NCBI RefSeq assembly: GCF_006345805.1
Contig: NC_042998.1
Coordinates: 129,270,001-129,334,000, forward strand
DNA: 64,000 bases
Reading direction: 5' to 3'
Source of the DNA: Octopus sinensis
Taxonomy: Eukaryota
The notes beneath the pieces were generated by a model. That model made no database searches, was not told the origin of the DNA, and worked only from the letters and a program-made list of their open reading frames with translations. Below are positions 54,140-64,000 of this stretch, one piece after another. The stretch's first letter is position 1. Each line of letters opens with the position of its first letter. The position numbers and the translations under genes were made by a program.

Positions 54140-57100
54140 TATGTTTTCAATAGTAACATGCGGGGGTTTGACTTCATTGCCAGGTGCACCTCTGTATTCC
54201 TCAGATGTGTGTAGCTTTTATGAGAGTGGGAAGGTGCTTGTGTTTGCAGCTAATTCAATTTGTTGCGGATTTGTTTTGTTGTGTCTTGGAATTATTTTAC
54301 AGTTTCCTTTGTTGAGAGAATCTTTTATGAGATTGGCAGTTGATTGTGTAGAACATGAGTTGTGTAAGCTGCGCTATTTTATTGTGTTGTGATTAGGTTA
54401 TGCATGTGTTGTGCGAGTTGGATCTTTGTACTTGGAGATGATTGTGCAGAATATGCACTGTGTGATTTGTGAAATTCAATTGAATCTGTATTTCATATGA
54501 TACGTGATGTGCCTAGTACGGCTATAATTTAAACTGTATATCGATTCCTGAACACCAATATAGTTTTATATAGGACTTTTTATGTGGCTATTTATCGAAA
54601 ACTCTACGCAGATTATCGGTGCTGTTGACTTAACCAGCGCGATCAGGTTCCTAGCTATGTTCACTGCAACATCTATGTTACATGTTATTAATATATATAA
54701 TCTTTATGCTTAGATATCTTTAGGGCTGCTATTCTTGCAGAGACGATGAAGAGGTCTATCGAAGTACATAGACTTTCATTCCAGTCTTTGAATGCAATAT
54801 CCAAGAGGTTCTTGTGATAGATGATTTAAACTAGAAGAGCAAGATCCGGATTGAGACTGGGTTGGATGAATGCCTTTAGCTTATTTTCGCAGTGTTGATA
54901 TTGATAGTGTCGGCATTCTGTGCAATTTCTTTCCAGTCATATCTATTTGTGAATATATTCTATACCTGTTTGAGTGAATAGTCAGAAATTTTGTTTTGAT
55001 TGCATAATTTGCATTTGATGTCAGCCCTTTTTTCATTATTAGACTGTAGTTAAAGGCGGCGAGCTGGCCGAAACGTTAGCACGCCGGGCGAAATGCGTAG
55101 CCGTATTTCGTCTGCGTTATGTTGTGAGTTCAAATTCCGCCTACGTCGACTTTGCCTTTCATCCTTTCGGGGTCGATAAATTAAGTACCAGTTACGCACT
55201 GGGGTCGATGTAATCGACTTAATACCTATGTCTGTCCTTGTTTGTCCCCTCTGTGTTTAGCCTCTTGTGAGTAATAAAGAAATAGGTATTTCGTCTGCCG
55301 TTACGTTCTGAGTTCAAATTCTTCCGAGGTCGACTTTGCCTTTCATCCTTTCGGGGTCGATTAAATAAGTACCAGTTACGCACTGGGGTCGATGTAATCG
55401 ACTAGCCGCACTACCAACATATTTTAGGCCTTGTGCTTAAAAGAAATTACTAGACTACTTTGGCTTTGATATTGTATAGCTAAGATAAAATAACCCGTTC
55501 TTACAGAGCTTTTACGCCATTGATGACATCTCATCAATCAAATCTTACAATATATTTGGTATGAAGATGTTTTTCCATTCCTTTCTTTTGGGAGCTCCAT
55601 TTTAATTTTCCATCTTTAAAACCCTTTTTCTTGTTTGTCCTTATCTAATCTTTCCTCTGTAGGCCTTTTCATTACTCTGTTCTATCAGTTTCTTCTAATA
55701 ATTTTCATCTGTTACTTCTAACAACTTCTGTCATGGGAGCTGGGTTCTTTTCTAATTTTCTAATTTTCTAATTTTCAAAGTCTAACTTTGGAGCATTTGT
55801 CAGTTTCATATCCTAGCTGAATACATAAAAAGTCATTTTGTAGGTTATACAATCAATTATTGCCTTTGTAAGTAGCTTCTATCATTGTTATATTAGAAAT
55901 GGTTTATAATTTCTTCATAATATTTCACTCAGTTGTTGCTTTCATTCAGTCAAATTGTTAAAGGTATCTGAACTTGACAGAAATTTGCTTATAAAAGCAG
56001 TTTTGGAAATGGTACAAAATGGAATGTTATAGCTTTCTTGCAGTGATATCGTTGCATATTATTTCGACGGTTTGTTTGAGATATTGTCTTAAGAGTGAGG
56101 CTTCTTCGTTCATATATAGAGTTTAAATTATCCACAATATGGTTTCTTATCTCACATGTTCCTTCGCTAAGATGTTATTTCTTTCAGGAGGTGGTATGTC
56201 AGGAGGTTGTATGTTATAGTAAAACAGGTTATTTACCTGTAGTTTGTGGTCTTCAGTGCTTTTGTTTGGAAGAATCCGCAATGTTTACCAGTCTAATAAC
56301 CAGACAGGTGTTGATTCTGGTCTCTTCAGTAATCCATTAAAAGCTATTGTCACAGTTTTATGAATATTAGTTAAACATGTTAGCCAGAAATTAACGATCA
56401 ATTCTGTGAGCTTTTAAGTTGACAGTAATCTTCACTGTATTAGTGAACTCCCCGTCATTTATGTTGGTTCATGCAAGTTGAGTTATTGCATTTTCTTCTT
56501 TCTAATCTATTGTGCGGATCTATTAAACTGTTTATGTTCATTTGTTGTTTTTCTTTTCGTATATCTCCCTATTTGTTGATGTTAGTGTGTCATTCAGAAT
56601 TACGCAATCTTTTATTAATACTAAGGTATTTGCTTCAAACACCATATTCCCACAGAAGAAACATTTCGTAGCATCTCTTCTAGCATGATCATATCAAGAT
56701 AAGTTGTTTTACAATCTCGTTTACTCCTAGAATACCCTTTCTTTAATTATTAAAATTTTTTTTTCTTATAGATGCTTTTGTCATAATAAAGCTCTCCACA
56801 TTTTATTTTTATTTCACTGGGTTAGCAAAATCTTTCCTATTTTTATCAATTTTGTATTATGAATTTCTTTTCTATGTTTTTCTTTAATGAGGTTTACTTG
56901 GCCGAGGAGAATCTTACACTGTTAGGTTCGAATTTTACTTACACTTTCTTCTTCAAAGCTACTGAATATATAATATATCAGATCATTTAGCCTGTTTATG
57001 TTTGGGTTTACTTCTACTGAATGAAATTTTGGAAAGCCAAGCTATATATGATTATTACTTCCTGGAAATATTTAATTTGTAGCTCAGGCAGCTGTTCTCG

Positions 57101-57830
57101 TTGATTCATGCATACTGATATTGTTATAGTGACTTCCTATATAGATTTATTGTTTCTGAGATTCTAATCTGTTGTGATGTGTGTTTCCCTACTATTATGT
57201 GTGTTGTCAAGTGTAGGAGTCACAATAGTATATTATTGTGCGGTTGTATTTGTTTATTTGATTCCATAGGCAATTACGTGGTTTATGTCAGCGTATTGGA
57301 TGTTTAACATTTTTTTTCTCTTTCTGTTTTGTTTTGCTGCAATTCCTTATTCATTCTCTGAACTGTAGTATCTGTTGTAATACTTTCTTTTGGTTTGAGA
57401 GCTCATCTGTCATGTATGTACTTCTGTTGTGGTATTTTCTTTTTGTTGCAGAAGCTTATGTGTTTTGCATGTTGTGCATCTCTGGAATTGCTTTCATTGG
57501 TTCGTGGAAGTTTATCTTTTTATTGCATGCGGTCGGTTGTTTCGCCTTATTTTTAGTGCGTATTCTCTGCATGAGTTGTTTAATTCCTGCTTCTGTGATA
57601 GTTTCATTGTTTATTATAAATCTTTATTTATTTGTCAATTGTGCTATATGGTTCTTTCCAGCTGTATCTCCTGCGTCTAATTTATAGCCCACATGTGTGT
57701 TGTGCACAGTGTAGCTGTGTAGAATCGGCACAGTGCTTCATGGTATTGTTATGTGTTCTATCATTCTCTAGTAGTTATACCTTTATTTTTATGGACGCAA
57801 GCAAAAGGAATACTGCTTCCTCTTTCACCC
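54140..57830 (-). mobile_element. Old, highly degenerate R4/Dong-type LINE
   Basis: Remnant motifs on the minus strand (IAVLGTSRI, LKISKHK, NFWL); 3' end adjoins (TTA)n/(TCA)n. Confidence 0.55.
55055..55448 (+). mobile_element. SINE, dimeric core, nested in the LINE remnant
   Basis: ggcggcgagctggccgaaacgttagcacgccggg head followed by two cores. Confidence 0.9.
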
Positions 57831-58389
57831 GCACGCCAAGGCACCACGACTCACGTTAGAAACGACGCTTGAATCACCACTGCCGCTGTCCTTACCACTA
57901 TTACAAACATTATCAACACTATCATCGCCATTAGCCACCAACACCAGCGGTGACAGCAGAAGCAGGACCACCAGCACTCCGTTACCACCACCAGATTTGT
58001 AAAAGTACATTTGTAAAAGTATTATAGCAACAGCAGTCACATTAACAATTAACCGCAAGAACCACACCATCACCATTACGCCACCACTGCCACCACCACC
58101 ACCACCACACCACCACCACCACCACCACCACCACCACCACCACCACCACCACCACCACCATCACCACCACCACCACCACCACCACAGAGATGTTCGACTC
58201 TAGAATGAACTCTCACCAAAACAAGTCGAAAACCCGTCTTTCCATGAACTAAAACAGTTCCACAACTGTATTAAGAATCAGTTAAGAATTCTAGTGGATG
58301 ATAAAAATTCAAGATGGCACACACGCTCTAGTACGGGCAACAAGAAACGAATCCGTCCGCAGGAAAAATCAAAATAAAAAGAAACTCAC

Positions 58390-58483
58390 CTTGCTGCTAA
58401 AACCACAATGACGAACATTACAACAACATAAGTGATAGCACCATAGCAATGACTCAATCGAGTCTTATAGAAGCATTTTCCCC
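58390..58483 (-). other. Candidate internal exon (94 nt)
   Basis: Acceptor ttgtttgtcattttcag, donor CAAG|gtgagt; one open frame GKCFYKTRLSHCYGAITYVVVMFVIVVLAA. Confidence 0.4.
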
Positions 58484-59121
58484 CTGAAAATGACAAACAA
58501 GACCACGCATATACACATAAATATACATCTACTCTCTTCTTATTTTCATTATATTGAATTGGAGGGCCATGGGCTCATACAGACTAAGGGTAACCAAGAT
58601 CGGTTGATCCATCCTCATTCTTCAAGTGAAAAATTGGCGATGTGCCAAAGTGCCTGCCAACTGTTTTCTACCACCACCACCACCACCACCACCACCACAC
58701 ACAACAACAACAACAGCATCAACATCAGCAGCAAACTTAAAAGAAGATTAACAAAATATATAGCTGCAGTAACTCTTTCTTGTGTTTCCTTTGAATGAGG
58801 TTAGCAATGCGATTAGATATTACAAACCCAAAAAGCACAGATATAACAGGAATAAGACAATAATGCAAAATGTAGGAAACAAAATTTAGTTTAGAACTAG
58901 TAAAATAATGTTATACAAGTATATACAAGTACACATACATAGAGTAGTCTATACTTTAACAAGAAATATTACTGGATGAAATAACTAACACCCAAGCACG
59001 CAGACATAATCAAACTGTATATGCAAGTTTATATGCATAAATAAATGTGTACGAGTGTGTATGAATGTTTGAGTGTGTTTGTGTTTGAGTGCATATATGT
59101 TTTAATATATGTGTATATATA

Positions 59122-59171
<50 letters not shown>

Positions 59172-59186
59172 GTAGGTATGTATACA

Positions 59187-59233
<47 letters not shown>

Positions 59234-59263
59234 ACTTTATTAAAAAAGCAGCAAAAATACCTA

Positions 59264-59309
59264 AAAACTGTTACTCAGGGTTTCACGTTCCCGTTCGTCG
59301 GACAGTTTT
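59264..59309 (-). ncRNA. Hammerhead ribozyme variant (U4C) at the end of an insert abutting (TA)n
   Basis: Reverse complement: AAAACUGU CCGACGA ACG GGAA CGU GAAAC CCUGA GUA ACAGUUUU (8-bp stem I). Confidence 0.75.
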
Positions 59310-61650
59310 GTCAAATAAAACTAACAACAAAGAAAATTGGTAAATGCTTCAGTATAGGCGAAAATATATAAGAAGGACGTATTGGGTGCCATATAGCATA
59401 TCGGCAGAGGGATGCGATAGGGGACAGTGTAACTTTCTGACTCCTCGATATTATCTGCAAAATTAGAAGAGCAAACTGAATAACTACATATTTATTGATT
59501 CAATGTGACAAAGAAGTATCTTCATGCAAATTCACACAGCCTTATATCGTAGAATTGCATGCTTTAATCAAAAACCACATCCCTGGAAAAGTACTGGATT
59601 TCGTGAGGACGTTCACTACTATTGGGGATCACTAGTAATCATAATATATTGGATATTGCGGTATCTAACTTTGGATGCAATGAAGGAAAATGAAAACTTC
59701 GAAATTACACATGAGATGTTATGACGGAGAAGAGACATGCCAACTATATATTCTAGATGAACAAAACAAAGTATCCTAACACTTTTGTATAATTCTATTT
59801 ATAGATAACCCTCTAGAAATCTCAGGAAATATGAACAACACCACTTCATATTTCCTGAGATAAGAATTTAGATAGAAACAAATTTAAAACATTTTAAAGA
59901 TTTCAGCCTGAATGATCAAAGCCATCCTAACCATAGTAAATATTTAAAACATAAAATTGACTCCAACCATAGGAAAAAGTATTCCCCTAGAAAATTTAAC
60001 GAATTACTGCTATATATAAATATGTATGTTATCTATTTTCGGTAATAAAGAAGCTTGGCAATAACATAACCCAGAACGTCTACAAAGTGTCATCCGAGAA
60101 AATAATATTAATCCAAGTAACGCTCTTCAAAAACAAGTTATAAACGAGCAAATTCAAAGAAAATTTGAATGTCAATCCAAAGCCATGCGTGCGAAGCTGA
60201 AACTGAACATATCTAGAAACACATAATTATCTGGTTTAAATTGTTCTTCAGTCTAAAAGTAGTGTCGGGTGTGGTAAAATAGATTATTGGTACTAAGCCT
60301 CAAACATGTCTAAAACACACATCAAGCTGTTCAATTGTCACAATATAAAAGTTAGCTACATTTGAACAAGAAACGAAAACACACCATTTAAAATATAAAC
60401 AACCAAATGTATAAAAGGTGCCAAAATCCGAAAGTAAATGCAATAGTTACTCATAAATACATACCCGTAAGTGAGAATTATGCAATGAAAAGAAATCTCC
60501 CAGTAGTACGACTAGATACGAGATGAACCGATCAAAGCTATATTAGAATGTTCCAGGATATGCACGGCCGCACACACACACACACACACATCAAATATAC
60601 TTAATCTAAAATATTTAACAAGGAAATGTTAAGTCTTTATCGGAGCCAGCTTGAACCTAAGGGAAAAATGATAAGAACGTCAAAAATTATATGAATATCT
60701 TTTTTGAAATTTTCCATAAATTACAAACATTTATGTATAAGCCAAAAAGACTGCTCCATATTCTATAAACTTATGCTTCACATACGCAAAAACAATGTCT
60801 ACTTATATCGGTGTGAGCGTATATGTATATATATTTTTCATAATAGATGTACACGTTATGCTTATGAATAAAAACATACATGAGTATGTCTTTATGCTTT
60901 TACATTTTAGCAAGGGGAAGGTGCGTGTGTGGTTGAGTGGTTAAGAAATTCGCTTCATAGTCACGAAGTTTCGCGTTGAGCCCTTCTGTATCGCACGGTG
61001 GGCATGTGATTTCGCTAATAACTTAGACCAACAATTGCCTTCTGCACGCATGCATGCGTGCCTGTGCATGCGTGTATTTGTACTTTCGTCTCCGCTTGAC
61101 AAGCGATGTTGTTTTGTTTACGTCCCAGCCACTACACATTTCGTCAAAAAGCAACACAGAAAATGAATATCGATGTCCAACTCTTTCTGTGAAAATATTA
61201 CCATCTTATTTGATTTCGGCTGACAGAAAATTGCATAATCCACGTTGTAATGGACAAGCAGTGCAAATGGTTACCTCTTGGAAATCCTAGACTCACTGAT
61301 GTCTTGCACGTCTAAATCGAGTGTTTATTGGTTGTTATGCGAGTGTCCTTGCTTCCAGGCCGCTTACCCAGGCCATATGTAATTACGTTACTGACTCTAA
61401 GAAGAGGGCTGGCCTCTTGGTATTTGAATCCAGGCAACTGGGTAATTAGTGGTTTTTAAAGATTCAGAACTGTTGCATGCAGCATTGCATGATCTTCAAC
61501 TGTAAAGTTGATAGAATTGAGGTATATTCCATACTGTATGTCGGTCTCGTGTAGCTTAAAGCAGGAATTACATGTTTACAGTTATTCACCCTGTAAGTCC
61601 AGCGTTCTCTTCCCGTCGTCGTCGTTGTTGTTGTTGTCGTTGGTGGTGGT

Positions 61651-61845
61651 TTTCTTCTTCTTCTTCTTCTTCTTCTTCTTCTTCTTCTTCTTCTTCTTCT
61701 TCTTCTTCTTCTTCTTCTTCTTCTTCTTTCTTTCGGTATTTAAGGAATATGACAAATAAAAAAAAAGAAGTCATACTACCTAACAAATATGAAGAAGAAG
61801 AAGAAGTAGAGGAAGAAGAAGAAGAAGAAGAAGCAGAAGAAGAAA
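61651..61845. repeat. (CTT)n - 60-bp R4/Dong fragment - (GAA)n
   Basis: 61733-61800 is similar to the reverse complement of 36090-36150. Confidence 0.8.
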
Positions 61846-63687
61846 TTTCTTTTATGAAATATCCCACCTTTTACATCCGTGTAGCTTCATTTTCGATTTC
61901 GCATTTCGAGAGTGCATTTATATAAGAGAATGTTTCTTTCTTTCTATGAAAATGTCTAGTAATGTACGTATTGAGTAGGATCATGAATGGATGGTTGATG
62001 ATCATCAATTCAAGATGCATCAAACCTAGCTACACATTCGCCCACTCAATCAACTGACCATCAAATCAACCAGCCAAACAAACTTATTAGATTTCCAGGT
62101 AAACAACCATCGAACCATCCGACCTTCCTGACAACCAACAAGCGTGTGCATGTCCTGTATATGAGGACAAGTGCAATAGTATTGGAGAGTAGTGTTTCTA
62201 GATAGGACATGGCGCTTCTGCTTATTATTCTTTGCTTTCGTGTTCTGTCACCATCAGTTTCCTTCTGTTGGTCGGTATCCTTTCTGCCACCAAAATCTTC
62301 CGAAGGCTTCCCCGTGGCCACATACGATAAATGGATATCTTGCGGTGCTAGTTTAAGCAGTAGGGGTTTTCGAAGCAGCAGTGAAAAAAATAAGTAGATT
62401 TTTTTCCTGACGTCTGTAATCCACTGTACCAGCTATGGGTAAAGGCCATTGGTAAATGGAATTCAACATAGAATAGCAACCAATTTGGGAAGTGGACAAC
62501 CCGGACCGAAATAATTGGCGGTACTCGTGCCTAGATCCGTATTTGCATGTCACTCGAATGTTTTGAGGTAACGAGCGGATAAGTGTTAAGCATAAATTGC
62601 CCTGAGCAAGTCTCCAATGACTTGTGTCACGCGATTCTTAAAGAGAACTGTAACGATTAACAGTGGCAAAAACATATGATGCAATAATTCTTCACTTCCT
62701 GTGTTTTCACTCGTTGCCTCCAGTCATGTCCTGTGATCTCAAATGTTCCCTCCAGGCATATTATATTTTCTCTATTGGTACCTTGAGTATTTTCACCTCT
62801 CGATACGTATGGTATGGAAAACGTAGATAGCTTCAGGCATCAGACGGGAAGAGACGTTAAATGTGACGGAGACTGGATCATAACTCAAAAATAAACATTT
62901 AAACTTTATATATTGCCTATATATAATCTTTGTTTCTGTGGCTGCGCTATTAAATCTGGAAATAAGTAGCGTATTACAAATAACTATTATACAGAAAAAT
63001 AGCCATTTGTGTGAGGGATTATCACATACCTAACGCATACAAGATATGCTCCTGCTACATATCGTCCAACGAACGAGTGAACAAACCAACCAACCAACCA
63101 ACCAACCAACCAACCAACCAACCAAAACCATACATACTTACTTAACTAACTTACTACGATATGGTGTGTGTGTGTGTGCGTGCGTGCATGTGTGTGTGTG
63201 TGTGTGTCTGTGTGTGTGTGGGTGTGTGTGTGTGTGTGTGTGTCTAGGTTCTCGTCGTAAATGTCTGCCATTGATCGTACAACAAACACGGCTAATTATA
63301 TTCACCTTAGTAATTATTAAACTATATAGAATACAATACACCACAGATAAGCGCTCTGCTACTTTAGCAATACTAAAGGAATATTCAATCTCTATTCTGC
63401 TTTTTACTCTTAATGCACGTCTTATAGAGCAAAGCAGGGAAATATTGCTTATGTTGATGATAGTTATGGTTGTAGCGATGGTAGTGAAAGCGGGAGATGT
63501 GGAATGGTTGAGAGGGTCTGCATTGAAAATTCCTTAAATGAAACTCCATTCTTAGCTTCCACTTTCATATATCATTCGCCCATTTACCATTTTCTTACCA
63601 TCTACTTTTGAAAAGGGAGGATTTCATAAATACAATCTACGTATTGCGTAGTACCCCCTACCTCTGAATTTTGGATATGGAATAGGT

Positions 63688-63784
<97 letters not shown>
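63688..63784. repeat. (ATCT)n microsatellite
   Basis: Direct inspection. Confidence 0.95.
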
Positions 63785-63821
63785 GAATGCGTGTACAAAT
63801 GATATAGACGTATATGTATAT

Positions 63822-63860
<39 letters not shown>

Positions 63861-64000
63861 ATATATATATTTATATATATAGTATATATATATATATGTG
63901 TGTGTGTGAGTGGTGTGTGTGTGAGCGTATGTATATTCATATATTTGTATATATGTATACATACAGGCACAATATATGCACGTGTGCCAGCTTATACAGA

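Noticed and set aside
59500-60500. Possible very old PLE/LINE coding remnant
   Set aside because: Only vague motif similarity; not supportable without a profile search.

Overview
Eukaryotic, AT-rich, microsatellite-saturated DNA. The SINE families and repeat landscape look like an Octopus/coleoid cephalopod genome (inference from recalled SINE sequences, not a database result). No host protein-coding gene can be called with confidence, and almost all listed ORFs are microsatellite read-throughs or transposon fragments. The dominant feature is a ~12.7-kb Penelope-like retroelement (PLE, 511-13225). It has a frameshifted but apparently complete RT + GIY-YIG ORF (- strand, 8378->5874), flanked by a ~4.4-kb inverted duplication. 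It carries three identical minimal hammerhead ribozymes, a G-depleted tandem-repeat tail, and an internal hairpin whose arms differ from the tandem copies mostly by A>G. The rest of the window holds three other kinds of PLE remnant, at least five short hammerhead-bearing inserts (mostly in or beside (TA)n tracts, with non-canonical cores), several fold-back palindromes, a cluster of R4/Dong-type RLE LINEs in (TTA)n tracts, an RTE fragment, mariner remnants, tRNA-derived SINEs (some multimeric), a 2.5-kb tandem duplication and a few candidate exons.
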